IMG/VR virus record: IMGVR_UViG_3300012984_000016
Coordinates: 10,306 to 74,305 of that record
Origin: a virus
DNA length: 64,000 nt
Reading direction: 5' to 3' (one strand)
Shown: positions 56,245-64,000 of the stretch, one piece after another
Numbering within the stretch: the stretch's first letter is position 1
How the letters are laid out: each line of letters begins with the position of its first letter
Notes under the pieces: generated by a model
What the model saw: only the letters and a program-made list of their open reading frames with translations
Databases searched by the model: none
What the model was told of the DNA's origin: nothing
Position numbers and translations under genes: made by a program

Positions 56245-57098
56245 GAGATCCAGCCCTTGGCCTTCCACGCGGCGTTGGCCACGTCGATCAGGTCCTGCGG
56301 GGTGGGGAGCGCCGGAACCTCAGGGACCGGCACCGGAGCAGGCACAGGAGCCGCCAGAGGCAGCGGCACGGTCACGTCGCCCTTCTCGCCGAGCAGCCGG
56401 TCCATCGTGGCGAGGGTCAGGTAGAAGTACCCACCCAGGCCGAAGCCAGCGCCCCACGAGTTCCAGCAGCCGAACAGGCCCCGGTCGGCGTCGTACTCGA
56501 CGACCTCGTACTGGTGACCGCCGCTGGCAACGGCGTCCGGGGAGATGGACAGCACACCGTCCGTGTCCCACTTGTACATCGAGTCGTACCAGTTCGTGCC
56601 GATGGTGACCGGCGTGAGTTGCAGGGCCTTGAGCATCGACTCCATGCCGAAGCACCACTGGTAGCCAGCGATGAGCCCCTTCTCCCGCGCCGCCTTGGCC
56701 GAGGCGTTGCCGGTGGAGCCGGTGTCATCCGGCTCGTACGTGCCTTTGAACGGGTCCAGCACCGTGGCCTCGCGGTACAGGTCCAGCGCGACCTCCTGGG
56801 CGAACGCCGGGAGGTTCTGGTCGTGCGTGTCGAACAGCGACGGCAGGGCGTCACGAGCGCCGCCCCACAGCGGGTCAGTGGCGATGGCACCCATCATGGA
56901 GAAGCCGGTGCACGCACCGACCGATCCCTGGTCCAGCGCCGCGAAGGCCCTGGTGTGACGCACCGACTTGATCGCCGTGACCATGGACGAGTCGAACTCG
57001 TAGGAGCGGGAGCGCGAGTCGTGCTCGACGTGACGACCGAGACCGCGAGGCAGTTCGGGTGCCGTCTCGATCTGGGCCAGTTCCAGTGTGTAGTCCAT
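56241..57098 (-). CDS. Papain-like (C1) cysteine peptidase
   Basis: DQGSVGACTGF (Gln/Cys), GGHQ (His), WNSWG..FG.GGYF (Asn). Confidence 0.85.
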   Translation of the reverse strand: MDYTLELAQIETAPELPRGLGRHVEHDSRSRSYEFDSSMVTAIKSVRHTRAFAALDQGSVGACTGFSMMGAIATDPLWGGARDALPSLFDTHDQNLPAFAQEVALDLYREATVLDPFKGTYEPDDTGSTGNASAKAAREKGLIAGYQWCFGMESMLKALQLTPVTIGTNWYDSMYKWDTDGVLSISPDAVASGGHQYEVVEYDADRGLFGCWNSWGAGFGLGGYFYLTLATMDRLLGEKGDVTVPLPLAAPVPAPVPVPEVPALPTPQDLIDVANAAWKAKGWIS

Positions 57099-57104
57099 GT
57101 CTCC

Positions 57105-57500
57105 TCAGTTCTCAACTCGGGCGCGCATGAGCAGGTCTTCGACGGAAGCCAGAGCCTCCAACTCGTCGGCCTCCGGTGCGTACTGCCAGGGGTCACGACC
57201 GTCACCCATGATGCTGAACCCGGTGGGCTCGCTCTGCGGGTCGTCGGACTCCTCGCGGAAGTGCAGGGCCAGCGCGTACCCTCGCGGGTGCAGGCAGGAC
57301 CGGTTGAACAGCCACAGCAGGCCGGTCTTGCGGAACTCGCTCCACGGCAGGCCGTCCGCCTCTGTGCGCTCCTCCGGCGCAGGCAGAGAGTCGGCGACCT
57401 CGACCGCGTCCAGGATCCGACGGAAGGCGGCGCTCTCCTCCTCCGTCAGCATCTGGGTGTCGATCGACCGGACCAGCGCCAGGTCCTCCTGGATGCCCAT
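57105..57500 (-). CDS. Hypothetical phage protein
   Basis: WSEFRKTGLLW..N...LHP.G.AL motif. Confidence 0.65.
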   Translation of the reverse strand: MGIQEDLALVRSIDTQMLTEEESAAFRRILDAVEVADSLPAPEERTEADGLPWSEFRKTGLLWLFNRSCLHPRGYALALHFREESDDPQSEPTGFSIMGDGRDPWQYAPEADELEALASVEDLLMRARVEN

Positions 57501-57679
57501 CAGTCGATGACGCGGGCGACGAGGCCGGTGACGCGCTCGGCCATGAGGACCGCGTAGTCCTCGGACTCGAAGTCCTCGCCGGAGTCAGCCAGGATCCTGC
57601 CGTTGGCCGACTTCATGCGCCAGGCGTGGTCGCCGTCTTCGGTGGTGAAGACCTCGACGAAGTCGCCGTCGTGTGCCAT
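57500..57679 (-). CDS. YegP/DUF1508-like protein
   Basis: WRMKSANGRILADSGE; GAGGAG SD. Confidence 0.7.
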   Translation of the reverse strand: MAHDGDFVEVFTTEDGDHAWRMKSANGRILADSGEDFESEDYAVLMAERVTGLVARVID

Positions 57680-57708
57680 GTGGTTCTCCTCTGGTGGTTG
57701 GTGACTGG

Positions 57709-57717
57709 ATTTTACGC
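57709..57717 (-). promoter_or_regulatory. Extended -10 element GCGTAAAAT
   Basis: Recurring motif in intergenic gap. Confidence 0.55.
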
Positions 57718-57719
57718 AG

Positions 57720-58223
57720 TCACAGGTACTTGCCGCAGATCGGCCACTGCTGCTGCCAGGTGCTCCCTGCCAGGGCGTGCTCGGCGATGCTGATCTGTTC
57801 GGATCGAGAGGCGTCGTAGGCGTGCTGGGCGTACTTGCCGCCGCCGTTGGCCAGCCAGGTGGAGTTGAGGAACTGGAGCCCGCCTTCGAACATGCCCTTG
57901 GTCGAGTCCCAGTCAGCATCAGCGGCGGTGGTGGCCGGGTTCTCGGTCTCGCAGTTGGCGACGGCTTCCCAGTTGTGACCCGGCGACGGTCGGTCGTAGG
58001 ACCGGGACACGTGCTTGGTGACTGTGACCGTGGGACGAGGTGTGGGCTTCGCGGTCTTCGTGATGACCACGGCGGGAGGAGTGACGGTCGCTGTGACCGT
58101 TGGGCCAGGGACCGGGACGGTGGCCGCTGCTGGCTGGACTGTGCGAAGGAGTAGCGCTAGGGGGACGGTGGCGATCGCACCGATTACGAAGATGGCGATG
58201 AGGACTTTCGTGTCACGCTTCAT
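57720..58223 (-). CDS. Resuscitation-promoting factor (Rpf) transglycosylase, secreted or anchored
   Basis: NWEAVANCE, GGLQF..STW.A.GG..YA..A..ASR.EQI.IAE, WPIC; N-terminal signal/TM and Pro/Thr linker. Confidence 0.88.
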   Translation of the reverse strand: MKRDTKVLIAIFVIGAIATVPLALLLRTVQPAAATVPVPGPTVTATVTPPAVVITKTAKPTPRPTVTVTKHVSRSYDRPSPGHNWEAVANCETENPATTAADADWDSTKGMFEGGLQFLNSTWLANGGGKYAQHAYDASRSEQISIAEHALAGSTWQQQWPICGKYL

Positions 58224-58235
58224 GCACCGGCCTTA

Positions 58236-58400
58236 TCACTTGGGGACAGGGGAGTCGCCGAAACGTACTCGGCGGAACCGGTGGCACGTGCGCTTGATGC
58301 ACAGTGCGCAGTCGCTACCGGCTCGAAGGTGCGTGTGGGCTGAACGGTCGTGCCCACAGCGGCACATGTCATGCGGGCTCTTCGCTGGTTTCTTGGCCAT
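58236..58400 (-). CDS. Small Cys/His-rich protein
   Basis: CRCGH...H...C..C...C..F. Confidence 0.5.
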   Translation of the reverse strand: MAKKPAKSPHDMCRCGHDRSAHTHLRAGSDCALCIKRTCHRFRRVRFGDSPVPK

Positions 58401-58419
58401 CCAGAGAGTGTGCCCCTTG

Positions 58420-58863
58420 TTACTGGTATTCCGCCAGAACGTTGACGGCTCGGGCCATGGCCTTGCGGCGCTTCTTGCCGGAGGCGCTGTAGGTCTCGAC
58501 CATGCCCCGCAGGGCCTCGGTGAGGTCCTCGATCTGCATCGTCTTGAGTGTGGAGCCGTGCGGGACGGTGGCCCGGTCCTTGACGTGCTTCGGCAGCACG
58601 TACACGTGACAGCGCCCGCGCTTGAGCGCGAGCCGCTCGATCACGCCTTCCTTGTGCAGTTCGGACAGGGCGGACGAAGCCGACTGATGTGACTTCTCCT
58701 CCATGTCCATGTACTCAGCCATGGTCATGCCGTGCACACCCTGGTCGACCAGCAGCAGCAGGGCCACCGACTTGTTGTCGATGTGCTCACCGGAGGCCTC
58801 CAGCCGCTCGGCGCGCTCGACGGACGCGGGGACCTTGACGTGGGGAACCTTGGGGCCGGTCAT
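58420..58863 (-). CDS. Winged-HTH DNA-binding protein
   Basis: GMT..E....HQSASSALSELHKEG.I. Confidence 0.65.
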   Translation of the reverse strand: MTGPKVPHVKVPASVERAERLEASGEHIDNKSVALLLLVDQGVHGMTMAEYMDMEEKSHQSASSALSELHKEGVIERLALKRGRCHVYVLPKHVKDRATVPHGSTLKTMQIEDLTEALRGMVETYSASGKKRRKAMARAVNVLAEYQ

Positions 58864-59177
58864 GACTGGGTCCTCTCGCTCGCGGGTCGGCGGTTGTTGT
58901 AGGCCATGCGGTCCCAGACCACGTCCAGCGGCTCGACGCCTTCCAGGTGGCACAACTTGAGCCAGGCGATGCCCACGTCCCCGAGTTCGTCCCTCAGGAG
59001 GGCTGTGCGGTCCTTGCCGTCCTGGCGCTGCTCGTCCCGCTTGAGAGCCTCGCCGAGGGCTTCCCCGGCCTCCTCAGCGAGTTTGGCAGCACACCGGAAG
59101 GGGTCGCGGGAGTGGCCGAAGCGATCCGACCATGCCATGATATCTTTGGTCAGTGTGAAAATACCTCTGTTGGTCAT
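58860..59177 (-). CDS. MazG-like nucleotide pyrophosphohydrolase
   Basis: KLAEEAGE...DELGDV. Confidence 0.8.
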   Translation of the reverse strand: MTNRGIFTLTKDIMAWSDRFGHSRDPFRCAAKLAEEAGEALGEALKRDEQRQDGKDRTALLRDELGDVGIAWLKLCHLEGVEPLDVVWDRMAYNNRRPASERTQS

Positions 59178-59338
59178 GTCTTGATGTTACGCAGGTCGCG
59201 GAGGTAAGACACCTCGCCGCAGTCGCACACGGCCCTGATCACCTGGTGATTTCCGTTCTTGATCAACAGGGAAGGTTCGTGCCCGCTGTTGGCGCACTGC
59301 TCGCGGCGCTCCAGCACCCGCCACTCCGCACGAGTCAT
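59174..59338 (-). CDS. Small hypothetical protein
   Basis: GAGGAG SD; C...GH...CDC. Confidence 0.5.
   Translation of the reverse strand: MTRAEWRVLERREQCANSGHEPSLLIKNGNHQVIRAVCDCGEVSYLRDLRNIKT
59184..59192 (-). promoter_or_regulatory. Extended -10 element GCGTAACAT
   Basis: 6 nt before MazG ATG. Confidence 0.55.
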
Positions 59339-59345
59339 GCGCTCC

Positions 59346-59690
59346 TCAGCCACGGTTGAACGCCTCCTCGAGAATCTCGATCCCCCGGATCAGGTGAGGC
59401 TTGTCCTCGGCGAGGGTGCGCAGGGCGGCGAAGTAGTGCGTGTGAGGATCGCCGTCCTGAACGGTGTACCGGCCCAGCACGTCACGGTAAGCCTTGAGCC
59501 GGAATGTGACATCCATGTACGTCTCGGAGGGGGCCGAGACCAGCATGCCGTACTGGATGTCCTCGGCGAAGTCTGTGTGCTGCTCGTACACGACCTTGTT
59601 CGTCATCACCGGCTGACCGTTGATGTACACGATGGTGTCCATGTCACCGGGGACGGCGAAGCCTTCCATCTGCACGGTGTGAATCTTCAT
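59346..59690 (-). CDS. Hypothetical protein
   Basis: ATGA coupling. Confidence 0.6.
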   Translation of the reverse strand: MKIHTVQMEGFAVPGDMDTIVYINGQPVMTNKVVYEQHTDFAEDIQYGMLVSAPSETYMDVTFRLKAYRDVLGRYTVQDGDPHTHYFAALRTLAEDKPHLIRGIEILEEAFNRG

Positions 59691-60037
59691 CGCCGGTTCT
59701 CCAGGTCGATCGGTTCGGGCTTGAAGCACACCTCGGCACCACGGAGCGCGTTCGGGTCCGCCACCTCGCGCCACACGTAGTGCCAGGTCCCGGGCCGAGA
59801 GAACGACAGGTAGCGCGTGAGATACAGGTGCGCGTACGCACGACCGTTCATCCGGGCCACCGGCATGCCGCAGTTCTGGCACTTGTGGAAGCCGAGGTGC
59901 GGGGTGGAGGTGCTCATCGTGCCGCACGCCTTGAGCGCGGTGATGATGGTGTCTCGGTTGATGACCGCGAAGTCGACGGACTTGTGGGTCCAGCCCTCAG
60001 GCTTGTACCACACCAGCCCTGCGTCGTCGGGCATCAT
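59687..60037 (-). CDS. Hypothetical protein
   Basis: ATGA coupling. Confidence 0.55.
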   Translation of the reverse strand: MMPDDAGLVWYKPEGWTHKSVDFAVINRDTIITALKACGTMSTSTPHLGFHKCQNCGMPVARMNGRAYAHLYLTRYLSFSRPGTWHYVWREVADPNALRGAEVCFKPEPIDLENRR

Positions 60038-60327
60038 CCGTGCAACCTGCAGTGACTGGTGTACTGCACACGCAGTCCCACCTTCGGATGCACCTTGAGG
60101 AAGCACTCGTCGCAGGACTCGTTGCACACCGAGCACCACGACGGGCAGATGTCGACGGGGGCGATGTCAGCGAGGCCATCCAGCACCACGTGACGAGCCT
60201 GGTCCCGCACCATCGCGATCGCCACGTCGAACATGCGCCGCTGGTGCTCTTGGTAACGCCACCGCTCGAAGTGGGCTTCCAGGGCGTCGTCACTCATGGT
60301 GATGAGCCCGTCCAGGTCACCGCTCAT
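60034..60327 (-). CDS. Hypothetical Cys-rich protein
   Basis: Packed operon. Confidence 0.55.
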   Translation of the reverse strand: MSGDLDGLITMSDDALEAHFERWRYQEHQRRMFDVAIAMVRDQARHVVLDGLADIAPVDICPSWCSVCNESCDECFLKVHPKVGLRVQYTSHCRLHG

Positions 60328-60586
60328 CGTCCACCGCCTTGGCCATGGCCCTCTGGAGACGGCGCATCACCGTGGCGCACTTGGCGCACTCAGGGAGCGC
60401 CTCAGCCCGCTCGCGCTCGTCCTGGGTGCCTGTGCCGAACCAACCCTGGGCGGTCGGCAGCGCGCGGCACAGCGCGTCCTCGTGCTGGCTGTTGCCGTTG
60501 GCCAGGATGATGTGGCTCATCCGACCTCGGGACGACGTGTAGCGCCGCTCGTAGCCCTCCGGCAGCGGCAGTACGATCTTGGTCAC
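60317..60586 (-). CDS. Hypothetical zinc-binding protein
   Basis: H...ALC...LPECAKC; GTGA coupling. Confidence 0.55.
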   Translation of the reverse strand: MTKIVLPLPEGYERRYTSSRGRMSHIILANGNSQHEDALCRALPTAQGWFGTGTQDERERAEALPECAKCATVMRRLQRAMAKAVDDER

Positions 60587-60777
60587 GAGCCCTCCAGCAT
60601 GAGTTCGATGCAGGTCTTGACGATCAGCGCGGTGAACGCGAAGGTTGAGATGGTGATGCCGCACAGGATGAGTTCGACGTACGTCATCACCCGCACCTTG
60701 TGCCGAGCGATCTGCTTCGGCATCGGCAGCGCGTCCCGCGTCTCCTTGCGGGTTGGGAACTCGGTCATCCTCGCCAC
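60583..60777 (-). CDS. Small membrane protein
   Basis: One TM segment. Confidence 0.5.
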   Translation of the reverse strand: MARMTEFPTRKETRDALPMPKQIARHKVRVMTYVELILCGITISTFAFTALIVKTCIELMLEGS

Positions 60778-60992
60778 TCCGAGGGTGCGTCGTCCTCCAT
60801 GCCCTTGCCGCCGTACTGGCTCTTGAGAAGGTCCATGATCTGGTCCTCCGCGAACCGCAGCCCCGTGCGAGTGACCCCGGCGTAGAACCGAGTGTTGTCA
60901 CCCGTGTGGGACACCAGGGTTCGCTTGACCTCGGTGGCAGCACCCGAGGGCGACTTGATGACCACCTTGACCTCGACCTGGATGTCAGTCAT
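60765..60992 (-). CDS. Hypothetical protein
   Basis: ATGA coupling. Confidence 0.55.
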   Translation of the reverse strand: MTDIQVEVKVVIKSPSGAATEVKRTLVSHTGDNTRFYAGVTRTGLRFAEDQIMDLLKSQYGGKGMEDDAPSEWRG

Positions 60993-61267
60993 GTCCGGGG
61001 CATCCCGTCGCTCACGCCGTTGCGCACCGCCTCGTGCAGGCACGACACGCACATGCCCGTGGACCCGTGCGGGCAGATCCTGCGGTCCACGTCCTCGGCT
61101 CCCTGCAGCACCTCGGCGAACCGCAAGTGCAGCATGATCCGGTTGGCCTGGTTCGCCTCCAGCGGGGACTCACCGTACGGGTACTTGGCCATCTCTTCGA
61201 AGATGACCTGTGCCGTGTACACGTGGTCAGCGGAGGTCATCTCGGTGACCTTGGGGTTCTCGCTCAT
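60989..61267 (-). CDS. Hypothetical protein
   Basis: ATGA coupling; CPHG...C..C. Confidence 0.55.
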   Translation of the reverse strand: MSENPKVTEMTSADHVYTAQVIFEEMAKYPYGESPLEANQANRIMLHLRFAEVLQGAEDVDRRICPHGSTGMCVSCLHEAVRNGVSDGMPRT

Positions 61268-61842
61268 GCGAAGTCCGATCCGGTGCTGTCGAGGGCCTGG
61301 ATGCCGTTGATCGCGTCCACGCACTGCTGCTGACCGCCGGACAGGACCGACAGGGCCGCGAGCGAGCCGCCGAGGGAGTCGTCAGACAAGCCCGACACTG
61401 CCGACGTGAGAGTCTTCATACACGTCAGGCCTTCCTTGGCAGCAGCGGTGGCGGCGTCGCGATCCTGTTCGAGTGCGGACACCTTGCCTTGCAGGGCGGC
61501 GATGGTCTCCCGCTGCTCGGCCACCAGCGCCTTGGACTTGGTCAGGTCGTCGTTGGTCGTCTTGTACAGCACGGCCATGCCAGCGGCGACGAGTGCAACG
61601 AACACCAGCGCGCCGAGGACGACCCACGTGATCGCCGGGATCGAGTTCGACTTGGCAGCCGAGTGACGAGACACGGCGGGATCCAGCGACTGGTCGATGG
61701 GCGGGACGTACTGAGGCACGGGCGCACCCGGCGCGTACTCACGGAAGTCACCAGGGGATGCCACGGTGGGCGGGGTGTAGATGGGAGGGGCGGGCACGGG
61801 CTGCTCGCCAGCGGGGTTAGAAGCGGGTTCCTGTGATGTCAT
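61264..61842 (-). CDS. Membrane-anchored coiled-coil protein (probably leaderless)
   Basis: Pro-rich N-terminus, TM, coiled coil. Confidence 0.65.
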   Translation of the reverse strand: MTSQEPASNPAGEQPVPAPPIYTPPTVASPGDFREYAPGAPVPQYVPPIDQSLDPAVSRHSAAKSNSIPAITWVVLGALVFVALVAAGMAVLYKTTNDDLTKSKALVAEQRETIAALQGKVSALEQDRDAATAAAKEGLTCMKTLTSAVSGLSDDSLGGSLAALSVLSGGQQQCVDAINGIQALDSTGSDFA

Positions 61843-61848
61843 GACAAC

Positions 61849-61857
61849 ATGTTACGC
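61849..61857 (-). promoter_or_regulatory. Extended -10 element GCGTAACAT
   Basis: 6 nt before ATG. Confidence 0.6.
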
Positions 61858-61858
61858 A

Positions 61859-62044
61859 TCACGAGTGCATGTTGAACGAGATGTAGGAGAACTCCTCCCA
61901 TGGGGGACAGGTGGCGTTCGCCAACTTGACATACTTCTTGGCCTTCTTCTCCCGGCGATGCACGGCCACCACCTCGGTCTCCTGGGACTGGACCGAGTTG
62001 CAGTGATGACACATGGTGGTGCGCACGATCACGTGAACCAGCAT
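61859..62044 (-). CDS. Small hypothetical protein
   Basis: TGATG coupling. Confidence 0.5.
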   Translation of the reverse strand: MLVHVIVRTTMCHHCNSVQSQETEVVAVHRREKKAKKYVKLANATCPPWEEFSYISFNMHS

Positions 62045-62340
62045 CAGTGCTCCAGGAAGATCGAAAGCATGATCGCCAGCGCACCCAGGGCGGTCGCTGT
62101 GATCAGGGCCCAGTCACGGCGGTACGCAGGACGATGCGTCGGGGGTGTCACGGCGACCGACTCGATCACGTGCCACGGGATCATGGACTTGTGATCAGGG
62201 AAGTACAGGATCACGCCCCACGAGCGCACCTCGTAGGACTCGCCCTCTTCGTAGTCCACGTCCGTCACGGTGCCATCGGTGTAGATGACCCGGGCGGTGC
62301 GGGAGGCCAGGTCCCGCTTCTTCGCAGATTTCATGTTCAT
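62044..62340 (-). CDS. Hypothetical protein with C-terminal TM (probably leaderless)
   Basis: First gene of long minus-strand block. Confidence 0.6.
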   Translation of the reverse strand: MNMKSAKKRDLASRTARVIYTDGTVTDVDYEEGESYEVRSWGVILYFPDHKSMIPWHVIESVAVTPPTHRPAYRRDWALITATALGALAIMLSIFLEH

Positions 62341-62346
62341 GTGGGT

Positions 62347-62355
62347 ATCTTACGC
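62347..62355 (-). promoter_or_regulatory. Extended -10 element GCGTAAGAT
   Basis: 6 nt before ATG at the head of the block. Confidence 0.6.
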
Positions 62356-62567
62356 ACTTTACACTCGGATGGCGGTCCGCGCAGCCCAGAACGCGCAACG
62401 TAGCAGCCCCCACCCATGCAGTAGCCGCCGAGGCAGGCGAAGCGCAGACACACATCGCGAAAACGAACAGGATCCCCGCTCGAAGGCCGTTCCGAAGGCC
62501 CCAAAGCCCCCGCCCATCGCGAAGAGCCCCTGGCTCGGCCCCACGAAGCCCTTCTGGTGCGTTATTT

Positions 62568-62669
62568 GCACTTTTGGAGCACTTTCAGCACTTTTCAAGA
62601 ACCATTGAGGCAGGGAGGCCGCGTCCCAGGGAGGAATGAGGCATTTTCACTGGAAGCAGGAGGCATTTG
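62568..62669 (+). repeat. Short direct repeats GCA(C/T)TTT in AT-rich non-coding patch
   Basis: GCACTTT at 62568, 62579, 62588; GCATTT at 62641, 62663. Confidence 0.55.
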
Positions 62670-63171
62670 TACATGTACCCAGGTGAAAAACTGCAACAAC
62701 GGACGATTCGCCAACGGAGCGGCCCCCTGAGGCATAAGCCCAGGTCAGGGCCCCGGGGGGCCCTCGGGGGGCCCGACAGAAATGACACTTTTGGGTGCTG
62801 GGCAGGGAGGCCCCCGGGCCCCATACTTGACCCATCGGCACCGCACGCGGACCACGGCCCTAGGGCCCCCTCCCCCGGGAGGGCCGCACGCAGCACGCGC
62901 CCCCGCTAGTGAAGGGCCCGGACGATCCCGGGCCACGCCTAGCAGGGAGGGAGCAGAGGGGCCGACGACCATCGGGCTAGGCGACTGCCACGACGGGCCC
63001 ACCAGGGCCCCGAGCAACCCCCGATGACGAGACAGACCACGATCCCAGCGACTAGCGCGGGGCCCCGTCAGGGGCCCGCGTGCGGGCCGCTGGGCCCCTT
63101 CCCTGCCTCCCTGGCAGGGTCGACCATGCGCCACCCACCAGGGCCCACCACGGGCCCGGAGAGGGGCAGAC

Positions 63172-63729
63172 ATGCCCACCACGACCCAGAGCACCACGGC
63201 CCCCGGGACGTTCCCGGCCCTCACCCACGACATGCCCGAGGGGTTCAGCGTGGCAGAGCACGCCGCGTCATGCGGTGACCTCTACTGCGGGCACCTCTAC
63301 CGGGGCCCCTCGGCTACGGTCCGTAGGGCCGTGCTCGTCTACGTGGCCCAGAGCAACGGCGTGGTGATCGACCTCGACCGCGAGGCCCCCGCCGTTGCCG
63401 CCGTGGTCGGCACCCTGCGAGCGGCAGGGGCCGAGGCCCCCGTCTACGTGCGGGGCACCACGGAGAACGGGACGCGGGGCTACGTGCGGACCGCAGCGAC
63501 GGCCCCCCTGCCCAACGTCGAGGGGTTCCGCATGACGCCCGAGCGTCGGGCCGTCTACTCGGCTATGTGGCAGGGCTACTCCCTGACCACTATCGCCACC
63601 GTCACCGGTCGCAGCGTGGACACGGTGAAGTCGCACGCGGGCAACCTGCGACGCCTCAACGGGGCGCACGATGCCCCCTCGGCCCTGGTGGCCCTGGTCG
63701 TGGCGGGCATGATCGAGGCCCAGGCGTGA
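63172..63729 (+). CDS. LuxR-type HTH protein
   Basis: MTPERR.V.....GYS...IA...GRS.DTVKSH..NL..L. Confidence 0.7.
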   Translation: MPTTTQSTTAPGTFPALTHDMPEGFSVAEHAASCGDLYCGHLYRGPSATVRRAVLVYVAQSNGVVIDLDREAPAVAAVVGTLRAAGAEAPVYVRGTTENGTRGYVRTAATAPLPNVEGFRMTPERRAVYSAMWQGYSLTTIATVTGRSVDTVKSHAGNLRRLNGAHDAPSALVALVVAGMIEAQA

Positions 63730-63941
63730 CCGCCACCACGGGCACGCGGACGGGGGCCCCTACGGGGGCCCTCGTCACCCCGGCCCCTGTCTGGGCAGCA
63801 CCCACCACGGCCCCGGTTCTGCTCCGGTTCTACTACTCGCCGCTTGACGAGTGGTGCTCCGTGCGCTGGGTCGAGGCGGGCGAGGTTCGCCGCTACTCGG
63901 GCCCGCTCGACGGCCTGCCGCTCAACCTGTCGACGCTCTGA
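63726..63941 (+). CDS. Hypothetical protein
   Basis: GTGA coupling. Confidence 0.45.
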   Translation: MTATTGTRTGAPTGALVTPAPVWAAPTTAPVLLRFYYSPLDEWCSVRWVEAGEVRRYSGPLDGLPLNLSTL

Positions 63942-63951
63942 CGTTGAGGGT

Positions 63952-63971
63952 GGGCCCCCTACGGGGGGCCC
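63952..63971 (+). terminator. GC hairpin with cUACGg loop (near-copy at 63754-63771)
   Basis: GGGCCCCC-TACG-GGGGGCCC just after a stop codon. Confidence 0.5.
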
Positions 63972-64000
63972 GCTCTGAGTGCCAGATCGGCACCCACCTA

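Overview
High-GC tailed-phage DNA with a siphovirus-type gene set and a probable actinobacterial host (WhiB, Rpf domain, TANNNT promoters with leaderless starts). No integrase is visible. Layout: (i) 20.0 kb to 1, minus strand: replication, recombination and nucleotide genes (DnaB, NADAR, primase, sigma-like factor, SSB, dNMP kinase, thymidylate-synthase homologue, DnaE, RecA, Cas4-like exonuclease, two resolvase-type nucleases, aGPT-Pplase1-like base-modification enzyme, WhiB). These are followed by a TerS-like HTH gene and a detached set of virion-like genes running off the left edge. (ii) 20.5-28.2 kb, plus strand: SNF2 helicase, FkbM methyltransferase, histone-H1-like protein, structured RNAs and tRNA-Gln. 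(iii) 62.3 to 28.3 kb, minus strand: small genes, MazG, Rpf, papain-like protease, then TerL, portal, protease/scaffold, capsid, neck, tail, tape measure, tail tip and lysis genes. (iv) 62.3-64 kb: a repeat-rich non-coding region and a GGGCCC-rich plus-strand segment. The most notable signals are a dispersed candidate thymidine-hypermodification pathway, several unannotated structured RNA elements (largest about 350 nt in the divergent intergenic region), a recurring GCGTANNNT promoter placed exactly 6 nt before start codons, a candidate +1 UUU-CGN frameshift in the tail chaperone, and apparent avoidance of AGCT. All family calls come from motif recognition by eye, not from database searches.
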